Origin: an uncultured delta proteobacterium | GTDB taxonomy: Bacteria; Desulfobacterota; RBG-13-43-22 | Reading direction: 5' to 3' | Length of the DNA: 64,000 bases | Assembly (NCBI GenBank): GCA_963743305.1 | Contig: CAVUPH010000021.1 | Span: 1-64,000, forward strand | Part shown: one piece after another, positions 17,687-27,913 of the stretch | How the letters are laid out: each line of letters starts with the position of its first letter | Position numbering within the stretch: position 1 is the first letter of the stretch | The notes under the pieces: generated by a model | Told to the model about the DNA's origin: nothing | What the model saw: the letters and a program-made list of their open reading frames with translations, nothing else | Database searches by the model: none | Position numbers and translations under genes: made by a program

Positions 17687-19465
17687 ATGGCTACCTATGT
17701 GGAAAAGTGGGTTGAAGAACAGGCCCGGCTGACCAAGCCGGATAAGATCTATTGGTGCGACGGATCCGAGGAGGAAGCCCATCGGCTGGTCGAGATCGGG
17801 ATCAAGGAGGAGCGAATCAACGGCCAACCGATCTTTCGCGAATTGAATCATAAGGAATGGCCCCATGCCTACTGGCATCTCAGCCATCCCACCGACGTGG
17901 CCCGAACCGAAAAACTGACCTTCGTCTGCCAGAAGGACAAAGAGACGGCCGGTCCCAACAATAACTGGATGGAGCCCGGGGAGGCTAAAAAGATGCTGAC
18001 CGGGTTGACCGACGGCTGCATGCGCGGTCGGACCATGTACGTGCTGCCTTATATGATGGGCCATCCGGATTCCCCCTATGCCAAGGCCTGCGTGCAGGTG
18101 ACCGATGTGACCTATGTGGCCGTCAGTATGCGCATTATGACCCGCATGGACCGGGGAGTCTTGGATAAAATCGGAAACTCGGAAAATTTCGTCAAAGGGC
18201 TTCACTCGGTAGGGGATTTTGATCCGAGCCGGCGATTCATCATGCACTTTCCCAATGACAGCCTGGTTTGGAGCATCGGCTCCGGTTACGGGGGAAACGC
18301 CCTTTTGGGGAAAAAATGTTTTTCGCTGCGCCTGGCTTCCTGGCTGGGTCTGCAGGAGGGCTGGCTGGCCGAACATATGATCATTATCGGTATCGAATCG
18401 CCGGATGGAAAAATCGATTATCTGCTGGCCGCCCTGCCTTCGGCCTGCGGAAAAACCAACCTGGCCATGCTCCAATCGGTCCTACCGGGATACAAGATCT
18501 GGACCCTGGGGGACGACATTGCCTGGTTAAATATCGGCCCGGATGGCCGGCTTTACGCCATCAATCCTGAAGCCGGATTTTTTGGGGTAGCGCCGGGCAC
18601 GTCCATGAAGACCAACCCCAACATGATCCGGACCCTCAAGGCCGGCAATTTTTATCCGGTCCTGTTTACCAATACCGGGCTGAATACCGACACCAACGAA
18701 CCCTGGTGGGAGGGCCTGACCGACGCCGTCCCGCCCCATATCCTGGACTGGAAGGGAAAAACCTGGACCCCGGCTTCAGAAGGAAGGGTCGACCACCCCA
18801 ATTCCCGGTTTACCGTCTCCATCAAGGATTGTCCGACGGTCTCCCCGGAAATCGACAATCCCAAAGGGGTGCCCATAACCGCTATCCTGTTCGGGGGTAA
18901 ACGGAGCCAGTTGCTGCCCCTGGTGTATGAAAGCTTCAATTGGGAGCATGGGGTTTTTTGCGGCGCCCGGATGGGGTCGGAGACCACGGCAGCGGCCGTC
19001 GGCCAGGAGGGGGTCCTGCGCCGGGATCCCATGGCCATGCTGCCTTTCTGCGGATATAACATGGCTGACTATTTCCAGCATTGGCTGGCCATGGGGCCCC
19101 GGATGACCCATCCTCCCAAGATTTTTTCCATCAACTGGTTCCGTCGGGATGAAGAGGGGAAATTCCTCTGGCCCGGATTCGGAGAGAATATCCGGGTGTT
19201 GAAGTGGGCCATTGACCGCTCGACGAACCCGGATCAGGTCGGCGCCCGGGAGACCCCCATCGGCCTGGTTCCGGATCTGAAGGATTTCAATACCGAGGGT
19301 TTGGACGTCTCCCGGGACCGGTTGGCCGCCCTCTTCGAGGTAAATCCCGCCGAATGGGACCAGGAATTGGCCGATATCCGGATGTTCCTGGGACAATTTG
19401 GCGACCGGGTACCCGAGGGAATAAAATCCGAACTGGCCAGGATGGAAAAAAGCCTGAAAAGATAA
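17687..19465 (+). CDS. pckG: Phosphoenolpyruvate carboxykinase (GTP)
   Basis: GSGYGGNALLGKKC, PSACGKTNLAM, GDDIAW, DPMAMLPFCGYN. Confidence 0.97.
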   Translation: MATYVEKWVEEQARLTKPDKIYWCDGSEEEAHRLVEIGIKEERINGQPIFRELNHKEWPHAYWHLSHPTDVARTEKLTFVCQKDKETAGPNNNWMEPGEAKKMLTGLTDGCMRGRTMYVLPYMMGHPDSPYAKACVQVTDVTYVAVSMRIMTRMDRGVLDKIGNSENFVKGLHSVGDFDPSRRFIMHFPNDSLVWSIGSGYGGNALLGKKCFSLRLASWLGLQEGWLAEHMIIIGIESPDGKIDYLLAALPSACGKTNLAMLQSVLPGYKIWTLGDDIAWLNIGPDGRLYAINPEAGFFGVAPGTSMKTNPNMIRTLKAGNFYPVLFTNTGLNTDTNEPWWEGLTDAVPPHILDWKGKTWTPASEGRVDHPNSRFTVSIKDCPTVSPEIDNPKGVPITAILFGGKRSQLLPLVYESFNWEHGVFCGARMGSETTAAAVGQEGVLRRDPMAMLPFCGYNMADYFQHWLAMGPRMTHPPKIFSINWFRRDEEGKFLWPGFGENIRVLKWAIDRSTNPDQVGARETPIGLVPDLKDFNTEGLDVSRDRLAALFEVNPAEWDQELADIRMFLGQFGDRVPEGIKSELARMEKSLKR

Positions 19466-19549
19466 TCGAATGATGTAAGTCTTAAATAGAGGAGTCAGAA
19501 TCCGGATAAAGTTTAATCGGATGCTGACTCCTCATTCCCCCATATACCC

Positions 19550-20700
19550 ATGCCCCCACTGCTGATAACCAGCGACGCCTATCAAGGTTTTGATTACGGA
19601 CCGACCCATCCCCTGCAGGTCAAACGTCTTAAATTGACCGTTGAACTGATTGAGGCCTATGGGCTTTTGCGGGGAAAAAGACCCGGACCCTGGAAGCCCG
19701 TCAGGCCTCCGAGGATGAGGTCTTGACCTTTCATTCCTGGGATTACCTGCAGGTCCTGAAGGAAGCCAACTCCGGTCGGTTTCAAGCGGAATGGGGAGCT
19801 TATGGCCTGGGGCCCGGGGACAATCCGGTTTTCCCCGGGGTCCTCGATTGGGGGCTGTTCTGCGCCGGCGGAGCCCTGCAGGCCGCGGAATGGGTAGCCT
19901 CCGGCCAGGGACCGGTCGCTTTCCATATAGCCGGCGGCATGCACCACGCCCATAAGAGTTCCGCCTCCGGCTTTTGTTATCTCAACGATCCGGTCCTGGC
20001 TATTATTCATTTGCTTTCCCGAGGCCTTCGGGTGGCTTATATCGATATCGACGCCCACCATGGTGACGGGGTGCAGGAAGCCTTTTACGGGACCAATCGG
20101 GTCCTGACCCTTTCTTTTCACCAAAACGGCCGGACCCTTTTCCCCAGCACCGGATTTGTGAGTGAAATGGGGACCGGGGTCGGGACCGGGTATTCGGTCA
20201 ATGTCCCCTTTTTCCCCTGGACAGACGATCAGATTTTTATCTGGGCCTTTGACCAGATCGTCCCGCCTGTAGTACAGGCCTTTAAGCCCGACGTGATCGT
20301 CACCCAGTTGGGGGTGGATACCTTCTACAACGATCCCCTGGCCAACCTCAGTCTGACCTCCAAGGGATTTTGTCACGCGGTGCGGTTTTTCAAGGGGCTG
20401 GATAAGCCTTGGGTGGCCTTAGGTGGTGGCGGTTATCACCCGGTAAACGTGGCCCGGGCCTGGACCCTGGCCTGGTCGATCATGCGGGGTCGGGAACTGG
20501 GCCAGGAAAGCCTTCCCGCCCCATTCCAGGAGACCCTTCGCGTCCTGGGCTACGACGAAAAGTGGCTGCGCGACGAGGAGCATCGCGAAGAAGAAGCCAA
20601 GTGGCAACGGGCCAATCACGAGGCTAAGGCCACGGTCCGGGCGGTCCAGGAAAGCATCTTTCCATTTTTTGGGCTATACACCGATTGCCGCTGGTTTTAG
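19550..20700 (+). pseudogene. acuC: AcuC/histone-deacetylase family protein with a -1 frameshift near 19672-19678
   Basis: N-terminus DYGPTHPL..RLKLT in one frame; GGMHHA, GFCYLND, DIDAHHGDG, GGGGY in the -1 frame. Confidence 0.8.
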
Positions 20701-20755
20701 ATTCTTATATCCAGGGTTTTGAGAATTTGTCTATAACCCTGGATGTAAGAATCTA
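20698..20755. repeat. 58-bp hairpin element, family F (copy 1)
   Basis: TAGATTCTT...AAGAATCTA; homologous to 57150-57207. Confidence 0.85.
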
Positions 20756-20795
20756 AATAGAAAAACCTAACTTTTGAGACACCCGGGAAGAGCCC

Positions 20796-21218
20796 ATGGC
20801 CATTAGAGATAAAGAAGAAGCCTCAAAAGCCGTTTATGAGGAAGCCCAGGCCCGATTCGAGTGCCAGGTCTGCGGGACCTGTTGCCGGGGTGAGGGGGGG
20901 ATTTATTTCAACAAAGAAGAAGAAAAACGCATCGCCGAATTCTTGGACCTTCCGGTCGAGGATTTTTTGGCCCGTTTTTGCCTGGAGAAGAATGGCCAGA
21001 AATACATTCACGTTCGAGAAACCGACGGCTTTTGTCATTTTGCGGTGGAAGGCAAGTGCACCATCCATCCGGTCAAACCCACCCCTTGCCGTCAGTGGCC
21101 TTTCTTTAAGCCCATGCTCTCCGACCAGCCCAATTGGGAGGTGGCTCGGAATTCCTGTCCGGCCTTGGCACCCTTTAAAAATCTGGAAGACTATCTGAAA
21201 GGGATCCGGTCGGAATAA
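20796..21218 (+). CDS. YkgJ family cysteine-cluster protein
   Basis: FECQVCGTCC...CHF...CTIHPVKPTPCRQWPF. Confidence 0.9.
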   Translation: MAIRDKEEASKAVYEEAQARFECQVCGTCCRGEGGIYFNKEEEKRIAEFLDLPVEDFLARFCLEKNGQKYIHVRETDGFCHFAVEGKCTIHPVKPTPCRQWPFFKPMLSDQPNWEVARNSCPALAPFKNLEDYLKGIRSE

Positions 21219-21288
21219 ATTCTCTTACCCCTGAAAGAGAAATAACCGGAAATTGAACGATTAAGGTAAAAAGGAACAATCAGAATAC

Positions 21289-22131
21289 ATGGAAACTGTA
21301 GTCATCGAAGGGGTCACCCTGCACTTATGTCGTCCGGATGTTTTTCCACTGGACTGGGTGGGACAGCCGGATTTGATTGACCAGGTACTGGCCGCCTGGC
21401 TGGTGGTGGAGGAACAGGACCTCCCCCTGCATCCCCGCATTGTCGGCAAGCCCGGAGTGGGCAAGACCACCCTGGCCTACGCCGCCGCCCGCCGCTTAGG
21501 TCGGGAGGTCTATTTTTTTCAGGCTACCATGGACACCCGGCCGGAAGACTTGGTCGTCACCCCGGTCATTGCCGACCAGGGGAAAATCCGTTACATGGCC
21601 AGTCCGGTGGTGACGGCCATGCTGCGGGGTGGAGTACTGATCCTGGATGAAGGCAACCGGATGAGCGAAAAATCCTGGGCCTCTTTGGCGCCTTTGCTGG
21701 ACAACCGGCGCACGGTGGAATCGATCGTCGCCGGTCTAAAAGTTCGGGCCCATCCGAATTTTCGTTTTTGTGCCACCATGAACGACGATGCCAGCACCTA
21801 TGAACTGCCGGAATATATTCATTCCCGCCTCCAGCCTCAGATCTTCATCGACTTTCCCGAGCCGGACGAAGAACGGCTGATCCTCCAGCGCAACCTGCCC
21901 TTCGCCCCCTCGGATATTCTGGATTATGTGGTTCGATTTCTGCAGTCAGCCCACCGGGCGCATGAACGCTTCACGGTGCGGGACGGGATCAATATCGCCC
22001 GCTACGCCCTGAAGGTCCTGGAAACCGACGGTCTGCTGAAGAGGGTTCCCGGCGAAGAACGCCCTGGTTACGCCCTCCGGATGGCCTTGGAGATGATCCT
22101 GGGCGAAAAGGCCCTCATGTACTTTGGTTGA
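21289..22131 (+). CDS. MoxR-like AAA+ ATPase
   Basis: GKPGVGKTT, ILDEGNR, ATMN, SRL. Confidence 0.9.
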   Translation: METVVIEGVTLHLCRPDVFPLDWVGQPDLIDQVLAAWLVVEEQDLPLHPRIVGKPGVGKTTLAYAAARRLGREVYFFQATMDTRPEDLVVTPVIADQGKIRYMASPVVTAMLRGGVLILDEGNRMSEKSWASLAPLLDNRRTVESIVAGLKVRAHPNFRFCATMNDDASTYELPEYIHSRLQPQIFIDFPEPDEERLILQRNLPFAPSDILDYVVRFLQSAHRAHERFTVRDGINIARYALKVLETDGLLKRVPGEERPGYALRMALEMILGEKALMYFG

Positions 22132-22134
22132 TAT

Positions 22135-22265
22135 CGTTTATTTGGTTTCTTTCGTTATTTGGATATTTGGTTTTTCTGGATATTTGGGCTCTAACCATTT
22201 TACGCCTAATACGATAATCATTTAATCGAAATAAACCAAATAGACGAATGAACCAAATAAACCCT
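22135..22265. repeat. AT-rich degenerate short repeats forming an imperfect inverted repeat
   Basis: TATTTGG units followed by CCAAATA units. Confidence 0.5.
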
Positions 22266-24092
22266 TTTGTTTTTAACAATATTCACCTCGTCCCTATCCT
22301 GCATAATCGTCTGGAATTCGCTCTGGAAGTCCACCGGCGTTTTACCGATCTCCGGCCTTCGGCCGTGGCAGTGGAATTGCCCCCAACCCTGCAGGAAAAA
22401 ATGGTAGCCGCCGTCAAACGTTTGCCCTTCCTCTCGGTCCTGGTTTATCCGGAAAAGTCCGGAAGAACGGTCTACCTGCCCATAGAGCCCGTGGATGGGA
22501 TCATCGAGACGGTTCGCTTGGCCCTGGAGCATGCGCTCCCCATTTCTTTTGTGGATCGGGATACCGAGGGCTATCCGCTATTTCGCGATCCGCTGCCGGA
22601 CCCCTATGCGGTGACCCAAATCGGGTACGAAGCCTATTGCCGGGCGTATTGGGAGGAACGGGGGAGTGAGACCCCGACTACCGACGACCTGCTGCGGGAA
22701 CGGAGCATGGCCTCTCAGGTCCTGGCCTTAGGCCGCCGATACCAACGGGTTATTTTAGTCTGCGGGCTGGGGCATTTCTCGGGAGTCCGCAGGCAACTCG
22801 ATTTGAATCCCGCCAAGCCCCTGGGGCGGGAGACGCGCTCCGGGGTCCTGCTGGGAAACCTGAAGGAGGATTCCAGCCGGGAGATTCTTTCGGAGCTGCC
22901 CTTTTTACAAGGAAGATACGAAGAAGAACGAACCAAGGCCCGAGTAGCCGGCGATCCGGCCGTTTTCCGGAGTCTGGATCGATTGCGTCTCCGCGACGAA
23001 CTGCTGGGGGAGGCGCAAAAGCAGCATTACCAGAACAGCCGCGAAAAAATTAGGGAACCGACCTTGGCGGTGTTAAAAAAATTCGCCCGTAACTATGCCT
23101 TAATCCAGGGGACCTTGACGCCGGATTTTTACCAACTTCTGGTGGCGGCTCGCGGAGCGGTCAACGATGACTTCGCTTACGAAGTCTGGGAGAAGGGCTC
23201 CGCTTACCCTTACCAGGAAAGCCCGTCCCGATTGCCGGAAATCGAGGTGACCGCCCGGGATCTCCGGATCAATCAGAAAAGGATCCAGTTCTATCGGCGC
23301 TTCCGGACTTTTCGCCGCCGTCTGGTACCGGTGCCCGCGAAAAGAAGGGCATCCCCGGCCGAACAGGAGGAGTTCAAAAAACGCTGGCGGGGAGAGACTA
23401 TCTGCTCCTATCCCCCTGAAGACATCCGGGTGGAAGGTCTGGGGGATTACGTTAAGAAGAAGGCCCGAGGGATTTTGTCTCAGGAACAGGTCCGGCTGCA
23501 TCCGTTTACCACCTCTCTTTTGGACGGGTTGGACGTGAAGGAGACGCTGCGCCATCTGGTGGAAAGTAAAATCTATGTCCGGGAAGAACGTTCCGTCCGG
23601 GGCCAGGTAGGGTCCGTGGTGTTTATTTTCGATGAGGATGAACCGTCGACGAACCAGGCAGAACGGTTTCCCTGGAAGATCACCTGGCTGGGGGAGCACG
23701 ATCAGGAGTCGGACATGGCTTTTTACGCCACTCCGGCCGGTGAAAACGTGGTCGGACCGGGGATCTCCCGCTGTGAGTACGGGGGCTTTGTCTTAAGCTA
23801 TCCCCCCTTGCGGATGTTCGAGATTTGGAAAGATCGGTTTTTTAACGGGGCCCGCTCAAAGTCGGAAAGGTTGCTTTTGGCCGGGATCGATTACAGCGAG
23901 GAGCCCCTGGTGGCCTATATCGCCGCCCAACCGCCCCGCTCTTTCTGCCGAACCTTTGCCGAGCGTCAAGGAAAAAAGATTGTCTATCTGCCGATCGGCC
24001 AGTTTTCACCGGCATTGCTTAAATCGGTCCGTTTTTTTCACGTGTTGGAGAGCCACGAACTGCGTGCGGCCGCCCACCGGTATATTCGTTGA
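22248..24092 (+). CDS. Hypothetical protein, probable AAA partner (TraB/GumN-like N-terminus)
   Basis: VPILH, AVAVELP, RERSMA, VCGLGH; 614-aa ORF right after the AAA gene. Confidence 0.75.
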   Translation: MNQINPFVFNNIHLVPILHNRLEFALEVHRRFTDLRPSAVAVELPPTLQEKMVAAVKRLPFLSVLVYPEKSGRTVYLPIEPVDGIIETVRLALEHALPISFVDRDTEGYPLFRDPLPDPYAVTQIGYEAYCRAYWEERGSETPTTDDLLRERSMASQVLALGRRYQRVILVCGLGHFSGVRRQLDLNPAKPLGRETRSGVLLGNLKEDSSREILSELPFLQGRYEEERTKARVAGDPAVFRSLDRLRLRDELLGEAQKQHYQNSREKIREPTLAVLKKFARNYALIQGTLTPDFYQLLVAARGAVNDDFAYEVWEKGSAYPYQESPSRLPEIEVTARDLRINQKRIQFYRRFRTFRRRLVPVPAKRRASPAEQEEFKKRWRGETICSYPPEDIRVEGLGDYVKKKARGILSQEQVRLHPFTTSLLDGLDVKETLRHLVESKIYVREERSVRGQVGSVVFIFDEDEPSTNQAERFPWKITWLGEHDQESDMAFYATPAGENVVGPGISRCEYGGFVLSYPPLRMFEIWKDRFFNGARSKSERLLLAGIDYSEEPLVAYIAAQPPRSFCRTFAERQGKKIVYLPIGQFSPALLKSVRFFHVLESHELRAAAHRYIR

Positions 24093-24096
24093 TTTT
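23798..24096. repeat. ~300-bp direct repeat, copy 1
   Basis: Nearly identical to 32463-32761 (offset 8665). Confidence 0.95.
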
Positions 24097-24278
24097 TAAG
24101 ACGAATTCCATAGGTCGGCCTCCTCGATGCGGAGTAGTTCAAAAATATTTTCATTGACATCTATGGACAATTATTCAAAATAGAGGACACTAGATATCTT
24201 TGGGATACCCATTTGAGGTTGAGGAGACATTTTTAAAGCCCATCCAAAACCGTATTGAAATGGAGACAGATTTAACTA

Positions 24279-24959
24279 ATGAATATAACCGTAAAGGACG
24301 CGGCAGCGGCCCTGAATGTTTCGGAAAAAACCATTTACCGTTGGATCCACAAACAGGTTGTCCCGGCTTACCGGGTGAATGAACAATATCGTCTGAATCG
24401 GGCCGAACTCCTGGAATGGGCGACCAGGCGCAACATGGCGGTATCACCTGATATTTTTCGTGAGCCCGAGAGCACGGACGTCCCTATGCCTTCGCTGGTG
24501 GAAGCCCTCGAAACCGGAGGCATCCTTTATCGGATTGAAGGCGATACCAAGGAGACCGTGCTGCGTTCCATTATCGCCCATATCTGGCTCCCTGACGAGG
24601 TGGATCGGGAATTTCTCTTTCAGGTCTTATTAGCGCGGGAGGAATTGGGGTCCACCGGGATAGGCGACGGCATTGCCATTCCGCATGTTCGCAATCCGGT
24701 GGTCCTTCACATCACCAGACCGTTCGTCTCCCTTTGCTTCCTGGAAAAGCCCATTGAATTCGGGGCACTGGATGGGAAGCCGGTTAACGCTCTTTTCACC
24801 ATAATGAGCCCCACGGTTCGGGCCCATCTCCATATGCTTTCCCGAATTGCCTTCGCCCTGCGCGATGAAAAGCTCAGGGTGGCCATTGAACACCAGGCCT
24901 CCCGACGGGAAATCCTATCCGAAATCCAACGAATCGAAGCCGCCTTCAAAAAAGTCTAA
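24279..24959 (+). CDS. Excisionase-type HTH fused to a PTS EIIA(Ntr/Fru)-like domain
   Basis: TVKDAAAALNVSEKTIYRW; REELGSTGIGDGIAIPH. Confidence 0.92.
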   Translation: MNITVKDAAAALNVSEKTIYRWIHKQVVPAYRVNEQYRLNRAELLEWATRRNMAVSPDIFREPESTDVPMPSLVEALETGGILYRIEGDTKETVLRSIIAHIWLPDEVDREFLFQVLLAREELGSTGIGDGIAIPHVRNPVVLHITRPFVSLCFLEKPIEFGALDGKPVNALFTIMSPTVRAHLHMLSRIAFALRDEKLRVAIEHQASRREILSEIQRIEAAFKKV

Positions 24960-24992
24960 TCGATAATCACAGAGGCTAAGAGGGAGCTGACA

Positions 24993-26981
24993 TTGAGTAT
25001 CCTATTGGGAAGCGTCTGTATTTTGTTCCTGAGCGGTCTGGCCGCCCTGGCGGATGGAAAATCATTTACCCGGTCCACCTTTTGGGGGGCGGGCGGCACG
25101 ATTTTGGCCTGCCTGGCCGGTTTTTATCCGTCTCTGTCTTGCCTGCTTACGGGCCGGACCGATGTCCTGTCCCTGGATTGGGACATGCCCTTTGGTTCCT
25201 TTCTGGTCGCCCTCGATCCGCTCTCGGCCCTGTTTTTACTGCCCCTTTTGCTGCTCTCGATTCTTTCGGCCCTTTACGGCGCCAGGTATCTGAAGGTCGA
25301 GAAGGAGACCCAGGCTGTCGGGAGCCACTGGTTTTTTTTCAACCTCCTGGTGGCCGGGATGATCATGGTCTTGTTGGCCCGCAACGGGCTCCTCTTTCTG
25401 ATCGCCTGGGAAGGAATGTCCCTGGCCCCCTTTTTCCTGGTTATTTTTGAAGATCACCGGGCCTCGGCTCGGAAGGCCGCCTGGACCTACCTGGTCGCCG
25501 CCCATCTGGGTGGCGTTTTTCTGATTCTGCTCTTTATTTTAATGGGCTGGGATGAAGGGACCCTGGATTTTATCCGACTGGTTCCGGGCGGGGCCCAATC
25601 CCCAATCGGCGCCGGTGGGTTGTTTCTTCTGGCCCTGTTCGGATTCGGGGCCAAGGCGGGTTTCATCCCCCTTCATGTCTGGCTACCCGAAGCCCATCCG
25701 GCAGCGCCGAGTCACGTCTCGGCCCTCATGTCCGGCATCATGATCAAGATGGGGATTTACGGGCTGCTGCGCATCATCACCCTCATAGGCCCGCCGGAGG
25801 TTTGGTGGGCCTATCTGCTGATCGGCATTGGTTTGACATCCGGAATACTGGGGGTACTTTTCGCCCTGGCCCAGCATGACTTGAAACGCCTGCTGGCCTA
25901 TCACAGCGTGGAAAACATCGGCATCATCGCCCTCGGGCTGGGACTGGGTCTTTTGGGACTCAGCATCGGGTCACCCACGCTGGCGGTCCTGGGCTTTGCC
26001 GGAGGGCTGCTTCATGTGATTAATCATGCCCTGTTTAAAGGGCTGCTTTTCTTCGGCGCCGGGGCGGTCCTTCGCGGCACTGGAACCATGGAGATCGATC
26101 ATCTCGGCGGTCTGCAGAAACGGATGCCCTGGACCGGCACCCTGTTTCTGGTCGGGGCAGCAGCCATCTGCGGTCTGCCGCCCTTGAACGGTTTTGTGAG
26201 TGAATTCTTGATTTACCTGGGATCATTGAACGGCCTCCTCTCCCTTCCCGCTGTTCCCTCCGGCGCCCTGGTTGCTTCGCTGGCCGGCCTGGCTCTTATC
26301 GGAGGGCTGGCCGTGGCTTGCTTTACCAAGGCCTATGGCATCATTTTCCTCGGCGAGCCGAGAAGCCAATCGGCCCGACAGGCGAGGGAGGTCGGCCTGC
26401 CCATGCGTACGGCCATGGCGGTTCTGGCCCTGGCCTGTGTGCTCCTCGGATTCGGCGGTCCCTGGGTCGTGGCCGCCCTTGGGCCGGTCATAAAAACTGT
26501 GACCCTTCTTCCCTCTGAAACCGTGCAGATCGGGTTGGATCAGGCCGGGCTTCCCTTGACGATGATCCTTTATGCGACCTTGGGGCTTCTTTTTTTGACA
26601 GTTCTCCTGACCCTGGCCCGCCGCTTCATTCTTTCGCGACGCGTGGTAAACCGGACCGAAACCTGGGGATGCGGCTACGCCGCCCCCACACCCAGGATGC
26701 AGTACACCTCATCCTCCTTTGCCCAACCCTTGACCGACCTTTTCCGACTATTTCTCCATACGCGGCAAAAGGTCCAAAAACCGAAAGGATTGTTCCCGTC
26801 CAGCGCCTCATTTTTAAGCGAGACGCCCGATGTCTTTCAAAAGGGTTTTTATGAGCCGGCCTTTTCACTGGTGGCCCGCTTGATGTCCGTCCTTCAATGG
26901 CTCCAGCAGGGCCGTGTCCAGATCTACATCCTTTATATCGTGGCGACCCTCTTTCTGATTTTTATCTGGAAATTAATGTAG
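24993..26981 (+). CDS. hyfB: Ehr/Hyf antiporter-like subunit (HyfB-like)
   Basis: KAGFIPLHVWLPEAHP, KRLLAYHSVENIG, WGCGY, MQYT. Confidence 0.9.
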   Translation: MSILLGSVCILFLSGLAALADGKSFTRSTFWGAGGTILACLAGFYPSLSCLLTGRTDVLSLDWDMPFGSFLVALDPLSALFLLPLLLLSILSALYGARYLKVEKETQAVGSHWFFFNLLVAGMIMVLLARNGLLFLIAWEGMSLAPFFLVIFEDHRASARKAAWTYLVAAHLGGVFLILLFILMGWDEGTLDFIRLVPGGAQSPIGAGGLFLLALFGFGAKAGFIPLHVWLPEAHPAAPSHVSALMSGIMIKMGIYGLLRIITLIGPPEVWWAYLLIGIGLTSGILGVLFALAQHDLKRLLAYHSVENIGIIALGLGLGLLGLSIGSPTLAVLGFAGGLLHVINHALFKGLLFFGAGAVLRGTGTMEIDHLGGLQKRMPWTGTLFLVGAAAICGLPPLNGFVSEFLIYLGSLNGLLSLPAVPSGALVASLAGLALIGGLAVACFTKAYGIIFLGEPRSQSARQAREVGLPMRTAMAVLALACVLLGFGGPWVVAALGPVIKTVTLLPSETVQIGLDQAGLPLTMILYATLGLLFLTVLLTLARRFILSRRVVNRTETWGCGYAAPTPRMQYTSSSFAQPLTDLFRLFLHTRQKVQKPKGLFPSSASFLSETPDVFQKGFYEPAFSLVARLMSVLQWLQQGRVQIYILYIVATLFLIFIWKLM

Positions 26982-26992
26982 GAGCGAAAAAA

Positions 26993-27910
26993 ATGGCGAT
27001 AACGGTCTATGCGCTGATTCCACCGATCCTGGCCCTGTTGGCGGCACCGCTTATGTTGTCCGTCATCAACAAGGTTAAGGCCGCCTTTGCCGGAAGAAGA
27101 GGACTCCCGGTTCTCCAGCCTTACCACGATATCCTGAAGTTGTTGCGCAAGGGGGCAACCTACAGTCAAACGACCACCTGGGTTTTTAAGGCCGGCCCAC
27201 TGGTAGCCCTCGTCAGCACCCTGATGGCCCTGTTGCTGGTGCCCCTGGGGTCCTGCCCGGCCCTGTTGGCCTTTCCGGGGGATTTTGTCCTTTTGGCCTA
27301 TCTTTTTGGACTGGGGCGTTTTTTTACCGTCATTGCCGCCCTGGACACCGGGTCAAGTTTTGAGGGCATGGGGGCCAGCCGGGAGGTGACCTTCTCCGCT
27401 TTGGCCGAGCCGGCCTTTTTTCTGGGTCTGGCCGCTGTGGCCCGCCTTTCGGGAAGCGCCTCGTTGTCCGGCATGTTTTCCCTTATTAACGGCCGCCTTT
27501 GGAGTGCTTCAGGCCCAGTTCTGATGCTGGTCGCCGTGGCCTTGGGGGTGATCCTTCTCGCCGAAAACGCCAGAATCCCCATCGATGACCCCAACACCCA
27601 TCTGGAACTGACCATGATTCATGAGGTTATGGTCCTCGATCACAGCGGCCCCGAGTTCGGCGCCATCCTCTATGGATCGGCCCTCAAGCTGTGGATCATG
27701 GGCGCCATCCTGACCGGGATTCTGCTCCCGACCCATGGAGGGCCTTGGCTGCTTAGTTTGCTGGTCTCGGTCGCCGGTCTGCTGGGCCTGGCCGTTATCA
27801 TTGGGATAGTAGAGTCTTCCATGGCCAGAATGCGGCTGGTTCGAGTCCCCCAGTTGCTGACCAGCGCCGTGGGTCTCTGCGCCCTGGCCTTGATTCTGAC
27901 GTTGAGGTAA
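26993..27910 (+). CDS. hyfC: HyfC/HycD/NuoH-like membrane subunit
   Basis: LQPYHDILKLLRK, FEGMGASRE, THLELTMIHE. Confidence 0.9.
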   Translation: MAITVYALIPPILALLAAPLMLSVINKVKAAFAGRRGLPVLQPYHDILKLLRKGATYSQTTTWVFKAGPLVALVSTLMALLLVPLGSCPALLAFPGDFVLLAYLFGLGRFFTVIAALDTGSSFEGMGASREVTFSALAEPAFFLGLAAVARLSGSASLSGMFSLINGRLWSASGPVLMLVAVALGVILLAENARIPIDDPNTHLELTMIHEVMVLDHSGPEFGAILYGSALKLWIMGAILTGILLPTHGGPWLLSLLVSVAGLLGLAVIIGIVESSMARMRLVRVPQLLTSAVGLCALALILTLR

Positions 27911-27913
27911 TCG

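Noticed and set aside
22135-22265. Possible CRISPR array
   Set aside because: Units are 7-10 bp and degenerate, with no spacers and no cas genes
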